DNA from: a virus | Direction: 5' to 3' (one strand) | DNA: 64,000 nucleotides | Virus record (IMG/VR): IMGVR_UViG_3300023179_000029 | Coordinates: 32,001 to 96,000 of that record | Shown: positions 45,196 to 55,610 of the stretch, in pieces | Numbering within the stretch: position 1 is the first letter of the stretch | How the letters are laid out: each line of letters begins with the position of its first letter | Position numbers and translations under genes: made by a program | The notes under the pieces: generated by a model | Told to the model about the DNA's origin: nothing | The model's input: only the letters and a program-made list of their open reading frames with translations | The model's database searches: none

Positions 45196-46371
45196 TCATG
45201 CAAAGGGGTCGTTAGGATCGCTGGGAGCAGCATTCGATCCAGTTGAAGCGCCGCAAGAGCATGACCCCCTCGCTGGGTATTGGCCACCGCATTTTGAACA
45301 ATTCCACTCAATTGGCTTAAACGCATCATTGATCATTTTTTCGCGTCGCTCGCGAAGGTGCTTGGGATAAGCAATTTCTTTTTTGGTCTCATTGAAAGCA
45401 TCTTTTACAGCATCCCAGCGAGGACCGGCTTCGCGCTCCATGCGAGCATGAATGGTATCGCCTGCGCGCTTGATGCGAGCAACACGGAAACCTTCAAACT
45501 CATTCTCAAGCTGAGCTTTGGCCATTCTGATGCTTGTGCTGCGATCAGCATCAACCTTAGAAGCTGTGAAAGAAGTTACAGCATTTGCGGGAGTTGAAGT
45601 TGATGGAGACGCCGCATTTGCATTTGCTCCGCATACGCATGGGGTTTGACCGCATTGACAACCAGCGGCTGGATTAGATTCAGTTGTGCCAACAGGGGCA
45701 CCAGCACCAGTTGGAGGCATTGACATATCAGCAGTTTTAACTGAAGCAAATGAAGGCGCGCCTACAGGCGTAACGCCGGGCTTGTTAGGAACCTCGCCGG
45801 GCTTAAGCTTAGCGCCAGATCCGGGGGGAAGAGGCTCAGATTTCTTGGGACCCTCAGCAGGACCACCTTTAGGTGCAGGAGCAGCAGGAAGGTCAGCAGA
45901 AGGACCCTCAGGCTTAACATCAGGACTCTCACCCTTTTCGCTGATTCCAAGGGCATCTAAAAGCAGGTCAATTTTCTTTTCAAGTTCCTTGATTTTCTTT
46001 TCTTCTGACTGCTCATGCTTTTCTTCATGCTCTTCGTGTGCATGCTCTTCCATTTCTTCAAGAGGAGATTCGCTCTTTTCGTGCTTGTCCTCATGAAGAT
46101 CGGCAGGTGACTCATCAATGTCTTCAAAAGCACCAGCGGCAGTCTTCTTGCAATGCTGACAACCCTTATCCTCGCAATGCTCACAAGGCTCAACGTCTTC
46201 GCCAGCGGTCTTGGGAACCATAAGCTTGGCGACCCAATGACCGGCCTGATTGTGAATGCTGGCAATCTTAGTGCCGGGCTTGAAGTTGCGATTATTCTGA
46301 AGCGCTAGAAGGGCTTCGTGCTGAGTGAGGCCGGGGGCCGACTTTGCAATTTGAGTTGTATAGTGCATCAC
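45196..46371 (-). CDS. Head-associated protein with small Cys clusters and a His/Glu-rich tract
   Basis: CEHC..CQHC, CQCG..CVCG, CSKC..CSCG; EEHAHEEHEEKHE. Confidence 0.7.
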   Translation of the reverse strand: MMHYTTQIAKSAPGLTQHEALLALQNNRNFKPGTKIASIHNQAGHWVAKLMVPKTAGEDVEPCEHCEDKGCQHCKKTAAGAFEDIDESPADLHEDKHEKSESPLEEMEEHAHEEHEEKHEQSEEKKIKELEKKIDLLLDALGISEKGESPDVKPEGPSADLPAAPAPKGGPAEGPKKSEPLPPGSGAKLKPGEVPNKPGVTPVGAPSFASVKTADMSMPPTGAGAPVGTTESNPAAGCQCGQTPCVCGANANAASPSTSTPANAVTSFTASKVDADRSTSIRMAKAQLENEFEGFRVARIKRAGDTIHARMEREAGPRWDAVKDAFNETKKEIAYPKHLRERREKMINDAFKPIEWNCSKCGGQYPARGSCSCGASTGSNAAPSDPNDPFA

Positions 46372-46404
46372 TATTTATCCTTTGGGTTTAAGTTATTTTG
46401 AAGG

Positions 46405-49400
46405 TCAGCAACCGAAAAGAAAATAATCAGGATCCGATTCGGCGTAATGAGTGCCTTCTAAATTAAGTTTGTCTGCGTTGCGAGCCTCGCCGTACTCATC
46501 AATAAGTTCGCGCTGCTCCATTGGGGTATAATGCTTACCAGCTACATGGGTGAATGATTGTAAATCGGCACGGGCTGCATCCTGCATTCTTTTTTCACTA
46601 TAAATTTTTTGCATTAGTTCTTCAGAAGCCTTTACTAATGGAACATCGTGATAAGGGCATGTGCCGGGTTCAGTATCGCCACCCTGAATATTAAATTGGC
46701 AATTAGGCTGTGGGCAAGCCCAGAAATCGACATTTGCCTCTTTAGTAGAGCTACCAATTTGAATGTGCGGAGTAGAAAGATCTGAATCTTGACCGGGAGC
46801 CGTCACATTCTTGGTATCAAGGTTCTCTTCAATGCCAGCAGGATTATCCTCTGATCCGCCAGAAGTTGGGGCAAAACGATAACCATTAAGATCTGCCTCT
46901 TGGCGATCAATTTCGATTGTAGTCCTTAGACCGCCATCTGATTCAATTTCATAAACAACAGCATCAGGTTTAATTTCCTTGACTCGTCCAACATCAGGAA
47001 TCTCATAATCATGAGCATAAATTTCATATTCCTGACCCTCTTCAAGTGGCTCGCCGTTCTCATCTGTCCAAGTATGAGAAGAGTCATCAATTTCTGACTC
47101 TTCCTCAGGCTCGCTAAAAGAATCGACAGGGTTAGGCATAACTACCTCTGGCCCTTTATCAAGATTTAAAGCCTGATAAAAGCTAGCCGTGGTGCTAGAA
47201 TTACTTGAATCGCCATCGGCTTTTTCATAAGTTTCATCCTTCCATTGATGACCACAGCTATGACATCTTGATTTACCGTCCTGCTGGACCATTTTAGTAG
47301 TGTGACCATCACATTTAGGACACTTGCCAGCAACATTATCGGCGCCATATTTAAATGCGGCATGAAGCATTGAGGCCATAACTGGGGGCTGCATAGCGCC
47401 GGGACCAGCAGGATTTAAATCAGCGGGAGTAGGAGCGCCCATATCAGGGATACCGGGGGCTGCACCGGGAGGTCCGGGAGGCATACCGGGCATTCCGCCA
47501 TCCATACCGGGCATGCCAGCAGGTCCGCCGGGAGCGCCCATGCCCTGCATTTGTTCTTGCGGAGACATGCCTATATCTTCCGGGTCTTCTCCAAGCATTG
47601 GATCCTTATTTTGAATTTCTGCAAGTTCGTTGTCGTAGTCAGCGGGGTTTTCAAGCATATTTGGAATTTCATCCTCGCGACCCTGTTCAATGAGCATTTC
47701 TGCAACAGCGGCTTGCTGTTCATCTGTGTGAGGGCCTTGAGTATCAGATGCCGTGCGGCCAACAACATTTAATTCAGGTGTAAGCGTAATATTTGGCCTT
47801 TGAGCCGGAGCATATGCTTTAGCTGTGTCTGGGCTACATTGCTGACAGATTTGATCTGGACCCATTTCATTACCGCATTTAGGGCAAATGCCGCTAACTC
47901 CGATAGATGGAATTTGTTGATTTACTTGAGGTTGGACGGTTGTAGCAGATGATTTTTTGTTCATGTGTTCATCAATGGTAAGTAAAATTTTATTTTGGCC
48001 TTCAGTTGTAGCTAAATCTAAATATCCGGGGTGCTCTGATTCTAAATTTTCGTGAATCAATTTAATTGTTGGATGGTTTAAACCAGATTTTTCTGAATAG
48101 AAAAACTCCATAATTAAGGGTAAGAAGTTTAAAAATTGTTCGATAGCATTTGAAAATTCTTTAGAATCTTCGTTTTTTCCTTCAACGATTTTACGTTTAA
48201 GATTATGTTTCTCGTAATCATCTCCGCGTATATCTCTTGATTGGCCAATTTCATTAACATCTAGCATGTCATAAGCCCAATCATCGTTGCTTTCATCTGT
48301 GCGTTGATGAGGATCAATACCTCCATTAATAGGATCCTCTATCCTGCGAGTGATCGAACTAGGGTGCTCGTATTGATCTCCATAAGAAGATCGCCTTGGG
48401 CCAGCAAAATAATCCTCACCTCTTACTGGCAATTCCCACGGTTTAGTTTGCAAAGCTTTGTTTGGATTGTTAAATAGCCAATTATATATGCCGGGGATTG
48501 CGCCCATTCCATAGCCAAGCCATTTACCTCTACCGTCCTGTCCTCCTGCCGGGGCTTGAGGTTGAGGTTGTTGAGGTTGTTGAGGATTTTGAGTTTGAGG
48601 TGCGGGCTGCGTTTGTGGTTGTGACTGTGGCTGCTGAACTTGTTGCTGAGGTTCCTCTTGACCATAGCCTTCAACTTCCCAACTCATAGGTGCATCTACG
48701 CCAACAACTTCTTCGCCAGTAGTCGGATCTATTGGCATTTTTAATTTTGGTAACATAAACCTACCGGGCACGTCGGTTGTGCCGGTTCCCGGAATTTGAG
48801 GCTGACGCCTCTCCGTTGGCTCTATACCCTTCCACTTTGGACCAGTAGATACACCAGTTCCGTGACCGGTTTCCTGTGCGCGTTGAATACTTCTCTCTTG
48901 TCTTTCAATAATTTCAGATTCTGGAATTTTGCGTTCTTGCTTTGATTTTGCCAATTCTGCTGGAGTCATGACATCATGAATCTCCGGTACATAGCGATAA
49001 CGATCTGCTATTTTTTGACGCATAGCCGCCAATATTTGATTGCGCCAATTTACGTAAGCGGTTTTGGCGTAATAAGACTCATCATGAATACCTGACGGAG
49101 CTTGTTGCTGCGTAGCACCCGGGCCGCTTCCCCATCCAGTAAAATCTTTAAAGATCTCCTTTCCTGTACTTTTCGCTAATTCTTTAGTTAAATCTTTTTT
49201 GCCCAATGCTCCGCGCATTAGATTACCTACGCCACTTAAAAGTTCTCCTCCTGCTGTTTCAGCCCCAGCTGCTCCTGCCGCCTCTGCCACGGCGGCTCCG
49301 CCCGCTGCGGCTTCTCCAGCTAAGGCGGCGCCCTCAAGTGGTAAAGCAATTTCTGGAGCAAGAATTGTCCCTGCCGCAATGGCTGCGGGCATAATCCAAT

Positions 49401-50322
49401 CTGTCCATTCACTAATTTTATTTAAATGACTAGTTTTGTCTAATGCTGACAAATTATCAGTTCTGGCAACATCATTGATGATGTCCGCCATATGAGGATT
49501 TTCAACGCCGATTTGGATTGAAGAAGCGCTGCTTACCTTGGGACGAATGACAGACCAGTAATCCTTGTAAGGGCGAAGCTTGCCGTTTTCATCAGGGTTT
49601 TCGACCCAAGCATTAAGTTTAATTAAAGCTTCATGTAAATTATCGGTAATTCCCTTAGGAAGAGGCATGGAATATTTATTAGCGGCCTCTATGTGCTCCT
49701 TAGAGGGTTCTACGACATCAACGATATCCCACCCAAGATGCTCAACAGGAATATTTGAATCCAGTCCATCGTTTTTAAGCCATGAGGCGGCAGCGATTTT
49801 CTCTGTGGGATCCTCAACTTCTCCGCCTTTAGCATGCTCAAAATCTTCAACTACTTTGTCCCAAAGTTCATCCTCTGATTTTTCTTCGTCGCTTGATCGA
49901 CGTACAGAACCAACCATTTCATCGCGACCCATAGAGCGATCAGAAATTTCTCCTGATTTCCAAGCGTTATCTTTAATCGGATTCACTGTACCAAGGCCTT
50001 TGGGTTCGGTAGCTTCATCAATTTCTTCAAGACTTTCTTCATCATCTTTTTTAAGATTAGCAAAAATTCCTTCTTGAAGAGGATTACCGCCCCTGTCTTC
50101 GCTTGATCCGTCAAGCGGAGTATTACGTTCAGTCATTTCCGAATTAATCTCGGACGGTTGGCCACGATAAGGGCGCCCGCCCGTGTTTGAGCGTAAATCA
50201 TAGCCGCACTCGGGGCAGTTATTATGAACGGTCTCAGGTTGAAGTTCGCCCTGCTGAAAGAATGACCCGCACTCGGGGCATTCAATTTCGTTATAATGGT
50301 GTTCAGGACCTCTATGATCCAT
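46405..50322 (-). CDS. Large acidic head/ejection-type protein with four Zn ribbons
   Basis: 1305 aa; CPEC..CPEC, CPKC..CQQC, CPKC..CHSC, CPQPNC..CPYH; Q/P- and M/P/G-rich tracts. Confidence 0.7.
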   Translation of the reverse strand: MDHRGPEHHYNEIECPECGSFFQQGELQPETVHNNCPECGYDLRSNTGGRPYRGQPSEINSEMTERNTPLDGSSEDRGGNPLQEGIFANLKKDDEESLEEIDEATEPKGLGTVNPIKDNAWKSGEISDRSMGRDEMVGSVRRSSDEEKSEDELWDKVVEDFEHAKGGEVEDPTEKIAAASWLKNDGLDSNIPVEHLGWDIVDVVEPSKEHIEAANKYSMPLPKGITDNLHEALIKLNAWVENPDENGKLRPYKDYWSVIRPKVSSASSIQIGVENPHMADIINDVARTDNLSALDKTSHLNKISEWTDWIMPAAIAAGTILAPEIALPLEGAALAGEAAAGGAAVAEAAGAAGAETAGGELLSGVGNLMRGALGKKDLTKELAKSTGKEIFKDFTGWGSGPGATQQQAPSGIHDESYYAKTAYVNWRNQILAAMRQKIADRYRYVPEIHDVMTPAELAKSKQERKIPESEIIERQERSIQRAQETGHGTGVSTGPKWKGIEPTERRQPQIPGTGTTDVPGRFMLPKLKMPIDPTTGEEVVGVDAPMSWEVEGYGQEEPQQQVQQPQSQPQTQPAPQTQNPQQPQQPQPQAPAGGQDGRGKWLGYGMGAIPGIYNWLFNNPNKALQTKPWELPVRGEDYFAGPRRSSYGDQYEHPSSITRRIEDPINGGIDPHQRTDESNDDWAYDMLDVNEIGQSRDIRGDDYEKHNLKRKIVEGKNEDSKEFSNAIEQFLNFLPLIMEFFYSEKSGLNHPTIKLIHENLESEHPGYLDLATTEGQNKILLTIDEHMNKKSSATTVQPQVNQQIPSIGVSGICPKCGNEMGPDQICQQCSPDTAKAYAPAQRPNITLTPELNVVGRTASDTQGPHTDEQQAAVAEMLIEQGREDEIPNMLENPADYDNELAEIQNKDPMLGEDPEDIGMSPQEQMQGMGAPGGPAGMPGMDGGMPGMPPGPPGAAPGIPDMGAPTPADLNPAGPGAMQPPVMASMLHAAFKYGADNVAGKCPKCDGHTTKMVQQDGKSRCHSCGHQWKDETYEKADGDSSNSSTTASFYQALNLDKGPEVVMPNPVDSFSEPEEESEIDDSSHTWTDENGEPLEEGQEYEIYAHDYEIPDVGRVKEIKPDAVVYEIESDGGLRTTIEIDRQEADLNGYRFAPTSGGSEDNPAGIEENLDTKNVTAPGQDSDLSTPHIQIGSSTKEANVDFWACPQPNCQFNIQGGDTEPGTCPYHDVPLVKASEELMQKIYSEKRMQDAARADLQSFTHVAGKHYTPMEQRELIDEYGEARNADKLNLEGTHYAESDPDYFLFGC

Positions 50323-50329
50323 GATTCAC

Positions 50330-50719
50330 CTAATACTTGACACCAGAATCAGCAGTGCGGGCGTGAATTGAAAAAGTAGTTGGAGTGCCAGTGCCACTAC
50401 CACGAACAAATCTGATTCTCCAATAAGGAAGAATAATTTGTTCAGCAAATCCTTTAGCCACATTAGCGGTAATGGAAATGGCTGCATTAGTATTACTTGA
50501 TGCGCTATAATTAGTAATAGCTCCGCTTGCAATTGGGGTTGCAGTTGTAGAAATGCCCCAATTTATTCCATCTTGACTTTGATCGATATAAAAAGAACCG
50601 CCAACGTTACTAATAATTGAACCAGTAATTAAATCGTGAGTTTCTGTTTTTAGCCACCTTGAAGTGAAGGTATCAGTTCCACCAAAATCTGCGCTTGTGT
50701 CTGCTCCTAAAAATGCCAT
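50330..50719 (-). CDS. Small beta-sandwich virion protein
   Basis: FYIDQSQDGINW...PYWRIRF. Confidence 0.6.
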   Translation of the reverse strand: MAFLGADTSADFGGTDTFTSRWLKTETHDLITGSIISNVGGSFYIDQSQDGINWGISTTATPIASGAITNYSASSNTNAAISITANVAKGFAEQIILPYWRIRFVRGSGTGTPTTFSIHARTADSGVKY

Positions 50720-50727
50720 TCTAATAC

Positions 50728-50955
50728 TTACTCTTGCGTATCGTCGGTTTTAGTAGCCTCATCAATTACTTCACCAGATACAACCTCGTCAATAACGGTT
50801 TCTGATTCCTGAGAAATAAGCTCAGAGAGCATATTTACACGACCAAGGCGTTGAAGGCGTTCAGACTCAAGTTCCTCAAGCTTGGCCCTAACATCCTGAA
50901 TCTCTTTAACAACATTGTTATGAGCTTCAATTTCTGCATTTAACTTATCTTGCAT
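50728..50955 (-). CDS. Small coiled-coil hypothetical protein
   Basis: 75 aa; AAGGA RBS. Confidence 0.7.
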   Translation of the reverse strand: MQDKLNAEIEAHNNVVKEIQDVRAKLEELESERLQRLGRVNMLSELISQESETVIDEVVSGEVIDEATKTDDTQE

Positions 50956-51050
50956 ATTAAACTATCCTTTTCTTGCCTTATTGGGGCATTTAATGCTAAT
51001 ATTTAATCTTGCGTATCAGGTTATTTAGTAGGCTAAATGCAATGGAAATT

Positions 51051-52409
51051 TTAATAAATCAATATCCATGGAACGGGCATTGCGACATTTGTCGAATAGC
51101 TTCCGATAGTATATTTGTTAATTGTTGCCGCAGCACTTGTTGCCAATGTCACACCGGTTGAAGATGACAGCGTTTGACTTGTAGTAGTTGCTGAATTATA
51201 AGTAAACGTGATGTTATTAGCTGCTGGGATGCCGGTTGAAGAAATATAATAAGTTGTGCCATTTGTCAATCCAGTTGTGTTACTAAGGGTGATATTTGTA
51301 GAGCCAAGAGTGGAACTTACGTTTAAACCGGTAACTACGGCGTACCCGTTATTATATCGTGCGAACACGGGCGCTAATACATTAAGGCCAAGAGTGTTAG
51401 CAAAATAAGTGGGTACAGTAAAACCTTTAATAGTTGGAGCAGATGAATAAGTCAATCCCCATCCAAGCCAATAATATGTTCCGGTAGTAAGTGAGACTGA
51501 GGCAGGAAATGCTCCAGACGTAATAGACGTTGTACTAATTGATGTTATATCAGATGTTTGCGCGACAAGGGTTCCCGGCTGACCGCTGTTATCCGTCCAA
51601 ATACTTAATCTAGAACTAGTTACTGTGCCCGCAGCCGTACCAGCAATCATCGCGCCAGTGGCATTTGCAAATGCAGCATTAGTGCATAAAACTTTTACAA
51701 AATAAGTATCACCGCTTGCTAATGGAGATATTGATCCATTAGCAGTCATACGGTCCATAGTTTCCATTCTAGCCGCAGTTTTTGTAACTTGAGCATTAAA
51801 TGGAAGAGAGTAGGCATCAACAATTTTATTAGAAGAACTTATCGGATATGCGGAACCATAAAGAGATGTTGACGCGCTAATAAGTTTGTCTGACGAAATG
51901 GCGGTTGCGCTAGTAGTATTTGAATCAATATAATTTTTAGTTGCTGCGTCTTGAGCGGCAGTTGGATCTGTAACTGATACTATTTTATTATTAGCAGTAA
52001 TTGTAGAGCCGGAGTTAACGGTAAGATTTGATACAGTTGTAGTACCGGTTAATGTTGGAGACGCTAAAGTTTTATTTGTTAAAGTTTGAATGTCAGTTAA
52101 AGTCGTTGCCACACTTGTATCAATAGCAACAGTAACTCCGGTGGTACCTCCATTGAACGTAAAATTGCTGATGCCCGAACCGTTGGTTAAGGAATAGGTA
52201 GTAGTTCCGCCACCCGAACCACTTGACGCAGCAGTAACAATTCCTTTATTATTAACTGTAATACTTGCGTTAGTATAAGAACCAGAAGGATTTGGACTGA
52301 GTGTTTTTAATTTTGTTGTTTGATCAATGGCCGCACTAGTAGCAATGTCTGCGTCTACTATAGTACCATCAACAATGTCTGTAGAAGTTGTATTAGGATT
52401 ATAAGTCAT
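51051..52409 (-). CDS. Fibre-like virion protein
   Basis: IVDGTIVDADI, ITVNNKGIVTAASSG, QTLTNKTLASPT, PTAAQDAATKNYID fibre motifs. Confidence 0.75.
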   Translation of the reverse strand: MTYNPNTTSTDIVDGTIVDADIATSAAIDQTTKLKTLSPNPSGSYTNASITVNNKGIVTAASSGSGGGTTTYSLTNGSGISNFTFNGGTTGVTVAIDTSVATTLTDIQTLTNKTLASPTLTGTTTVSNLTVNSGSTITANNKIVSVTDPTAAQDAATKNYIDSNTTSATAISSDKLISASTSLYGSAYPISSSNKIVDAYSLPFNAQVTKTAARMETMDRMTANGSISPLASGDTYFVKVLCTNAAFANATGAMIAGTAAGTVTSSRLSIWTDNSGQPGTLVAQTSDITSISTTSITSGAFPASVSLTTGTYYWLGWGLTYSSAPTIKGFTVPTYFANTLGLNVLAPVFARYNNGYAVVTGLNVSSTLGSTNITLSNTTGLTNGTTYYISSTGIPAANNITFTYNSATTTSQTLSSSTGVTLATSAAATINKYTIGSYSTNVAMPVPWILIY

Positions 52410-52819
52410 TAGATAATTATCCAGTTTGATCCGTTTGATTGAACAGTTATTGATTGATATTGTTTAGAAATAGAATAAGTGGTCGCGTTATCAATATATT
52501 GCTGAGATGGAGACGTTGCCGCTACAACTGTTATTGTACCGGCGCCACTATTTTTAATATTATACACCCTGCCTGTTACTCCCACAGCCGTCGGCAAAGT
52601 AACAGCAAATGTATTAGCCGTGCAATCAACCGTATGATCGGTTCCATCAAGAGTCCTTGCTGAAGTAATAGCTCGATACGGTTTATTAATTGCCCCGCCA
52701 AAAGAAATGTAACCGGCGTTTCCGGGAAGTAGTTGGATGGTAGTAACAAGAGAGGTACCTGAATCGCCAATGATAATATCAGCTGGTCCTCCTACGGAGG
52801 GCAAATAAGCCCTCATCAT
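52409..52819 (-). CDS. Fibre tip-like protein
   Basis: VTLPTAVG..GRVYNIKNSGAGTITV...IDN...SITVQSNGSNWIII. Confidence 0.7.
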   Translation of the reverse strand: MMRAYLPSVGGPADIIIGDSGTSLVTTIQLLPGNAGYISFGGAINKPYRAITSARTLDGTDHTVDCTANTFAVTLPTAVGVTGRVYNIKNSGAGTITVVAATSPSQQYIDNATTYSISKQYQSITVQSNGSNWIII

Positions 52820-55593
52820 ATAACGTTGAGTGGATCCGTTACTAATTGAATAGAGGAAGTTTTGGGATAGGCACTTGTATCCGTGGTCGGATCTAAAACA
52901 ATTGCTTGTCCAGTTCTTCCTCCATCCGGGCTTGATGTAGCGGCTGAAAATCTTGCTCCCCCGGCAATATACCCGGCATTATTGATACTTAAAGGCGTGT
53001 AAACAATCGAATACGAAGAATTAGAGAATGTTGCAGAGGTATTAATGGTTATACTTGTTGCAGATGTCCAAGCCGTAATAGTATAAGTATTTGCGCCAAC
53101 AGTTAAAGTGCCACCAACCATTGCTGTTGTAAATGTTGTGCCCGATCCTGTAACTGTTGTAGTTCCAGATGCGGACACATTGCCAGTATTATAAATAATC
53201 TGCCATTCTTGAAGATTCGCAGTTTGAGAAGCCGCTGCTTTAACAATAACTCCCTTATGAGCGGCGCTTTGAATAACTATGCCCATCCCGTTTGTATCAT
53301 AATTTGGTTTTAGATAAGTAAGTCCGCTCGTTGTTGAAGCGAATGAGTTTGAGGTTCTTATTGCTCCAGTGGCATTAATGTCAGCCAATACGCCTCCGTT
53401 GGAATCTTGCCACTCTTGAAGACTCACGCTTTGACCATAAGCCCCTCTAGCGGTAATCGGAACGCTAGTTGTAAGCGTTGTTTCAAAATAAGCGCGACCT
53501 GATACTCCACTAATGCTAGAAGTATTTACTTGAATACCTCCGGAGCTATTTATGTAAGACGTAGCGGTACCAGAACTATTTTGCCACTCCTGAAGATTCG
53601 CAGTTTGTCCAGAAGCCCCTCTAGCGGTAATCGGAACAGCGGCGGCGCTACTAGTAATAAATAATCCTCGACCATTTGCATTACTAATAATGGTTCCGGA
53701 ACCAAAAGCAAGAGTTCCACTGCTACTAAAATATGAAAGGGTTCCGCTAGCTGCATCTTGAAATTCTAATAAGTTTGCAGTTTGTCCAGAAGAAGCTTTA
53801 ACAACAATACCCTTAACATCAGTAGCCGGGGAAATAGTTTGAGGACCAGTAGTAAAAGTATTGGCAGCATTAATTTGCGCGGCATTGGTAATACGAGAAT
53901 CATTACCCGCTGCGATAGTTCCGGCTGTTGTTCCAACATTAATTGACGCCGTTGTAACATTAGTAACGCGACCGTAACTGTCACTTGCAATCGATTGAAC
54001 AAATGAAGTTCCGGCAGATCCCGTTGGCGTGGTTTTAGTAACGGTGGCAAGGTCAATGTTGTCAGCATTAACCACAATATTGCCTGAATTGGCAGTATTA
54101 ACATCGATTGTATTACCGGTTTTTGTAAGGCCAAGACCGGCAACAAGAGTAGAGGTACCGGTAAATTGGGTAAATATGATGTCGTCACCACCGGCAGTAT
54201 TAACTTTAATAATGAGGCTTTTATCAGGATTTGAACCTACGCCAGTTTGAATAAAACCTTGATTACCATTCACAGTTGTTGATGGATTAGATGTAATAAA
54301 TACTGCATCTCCGGCCTTAACTTGTCCGGCAACACTGTTATCTGTGTCCGTGGCGCGAATCAACTTCCATAAAGATGAACCTGATCCAGCAGAAGATACG
54401 GTATAGATACCATTTTGTTTTTTTGCGTTTTCCTGATCTTTAACAAGAACTCTTTGCCCAACTGTCCAAGTTGTATTGCTATCAATTGACAAAGTTCCAT
54501 TAGTTGTTGCCTGAAGATAAGCGCCAACCCCTAGGCCGTTAGATGCATCTGCGGTACCATCGGTGTAAACAGGCGAGTTTGGAAGTACCGTAGTAGTAGC
54601 ATAATCACAAGCATCATGCCAATTCATTCCGGCAGAAATAGAATCGGCATAAGACTTAGTTACCACATCAGCAGCATCAGTAGGCGTTCCGCTAATAGTG
54701 ATTTGATTTGCTGCAATCCTGCCACTTGAATCGCGGGCTACAATTGTGTTTGCCGTATTTGCAGAAGTTGCGGTAGTGGCAGAATTAGAAACTTTGCCAG
54801 ATGTAGAAATTGTGTTTAATTTAGAATCAGGAATCGACCCTGCTAAAGTTGGGTTAGGGTAAGTTCCTGAAAGGTCTCCGCCCGCTGACCCTGTAGGAGT
54901 TCTAGAATTGGAGAGACGGGAATCGGTTGTAATAACGGCGGTACCAGTAATTTTAGAAGGAGATAATCCCGCACTTGTAATTGAAGCGTCTACAACCGAT
55001 CCTGCTGTTGGAGTACGAGTATCGCTCAATCTTGAATCAGTTGTGATAACAGCAGTGCCGGTTACTTGTGATGGACCAATAGAAATTAATGATTGATTAA
55101 TACCAATATTTGCGCTTGTAGAAGTACCGGTATTGGTGATTGGAGAAGTAACTGAAACGACTCCGGATGGACCCGGAGATCCGGTTTCACCAGTGTCACC
55201 ACGGGGAATTGTAAGGTTAAGAGTTTGATTAGGAGCAGTTCCTGTAATAGATGCCGATGCCGAAGTGCCCGCCGTAACAGTTCCAATAGTTAAAGTATTA
55301 GCGGGTCCTGTCGCACCAGCAACTCCTGCCGCCCCAGCATCGCCCTTACTAGCTAATAAATTCCAATTGTCTGTATCAAGATTTGGATATGTAGATGTAT
55401 TTACACCAGTCGTATTAACATAAGAGCTACCATTGTAAAACACAACATCGTAAATTCTGTAAGTAGTTGGATCAGCAGACCAAGCGCCCTTCCAAATAAA
55501 AGTTTGCAATTCAACATAAGTCAAATTAGGATCTTGAGCCAGTGTAAGGTTGACTGGAATAATTGGACTTTCAAGTTTAATATTGTTCGACAT
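52816..55593 (-). CDS. Long fibre protein with an N-terminal CBM5/12-like module, short collagen runs and QTANLQEWQ-type repeats
   Basis: WKGAW...Y...DVVFYNGSSY...NWNLLA; GDAGAAGVAGATGP; GQRVLVKDQ...NGIY; four QxxxLxE(W/F)Q repeats. Confidence 0.8.
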   Translation of the reverse strand: MSNNIKLESPIIPVNLTLAQDPNLTYVELQTFIWKGAWSADPTTYRIYDVVFYNGSSYVNTTGVNTSTYPNLDTDNWNLLASKGDAGAAGVAGATGPANTLTIGTVTAGTSASASITGTAPNQTLNLTIPRGDTGETGSPGPSGVVSVTSPITNTGTSTSANIGINQSLISIGPSQVTGTAVITTDSRLSDTRTPTAGSVVDASITSAGLSPSKITGTAVITTDSRLSNSRTPTGSAGGDLSGTYPNPTLAGSIPDSKLNTISTSGKVSNSATTATSANTANTIVARDSSGRIAANQITISGTPTDAADVVTKSYADSISAGMNWHDACDYATTTVLPNSPVYTDGTADASNGLGVGAYLQATTNGTLSIDSNTTWTVGQRVLVKDQENAKKQNGIYTVSSAGSGSSLWKLIRATDTDNSVAGQVKAGDAVFITSNPSTTVNGNQGFIQTGVGSNPDKSLIIKVNTAGGDDIIFTQFTGTSTLVAGLGLTKTGNTIDVNTANSGNIVVNADNIDLATVTKTTPTGSAGTSFVQSIASDSYGRVTNVTTASINVGTTAGTIAAGNDSRITNAAQINAANTFTTGPQTISPATDVKGIVVKASSGQTANLLEFQDAASGTLSYFSSSGTLAFGSGTIISNANGRGLFITSSAAAVPITARGASGQTANLQEWQNSSGTATSYINSSGGIQVNTSSISGVSGRAYFETTLTTSVPITARGAYGQSVSLQEWQDSNGGVLADINATGAIRTSNSFASTTSGLTYLKPNYDTNGMGIVIQSAAHKGVIVKAAASQTANLQEWQIIYNTGNVSASGTTTVTGSGTTFTTAMVGGTLTVGANTYTITAWTSATSITINTSATFSNSSYSIVYTPLSINNAGYIAGGARFSAATSSPDGGRTGQAIVLDPTTDTSAYPKTSSIQLVTDPLNVI

Positions 55594-55610
55594 CGTATAT
55601 TAAATGTTGG

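Noticed and set aside
40055-50532. Overlapping alternative-frame ORFs from the track (e.g. 40055-40432, 45135-45329, 49580-50077)
   Set aside because: Shadow frames of well-supported genes, without RBS or motifs.
52409-52870. Frameshift fusing the 925-aa fibre to the 136-aa gene at CCCAAAA
   Set aside because: The -1 frame is open upstream, but the heptamer is out of phase for canonical slippage and the ATGA overlap fits ordinary translational coupling. A single-base indel cannot be excluded without reads.
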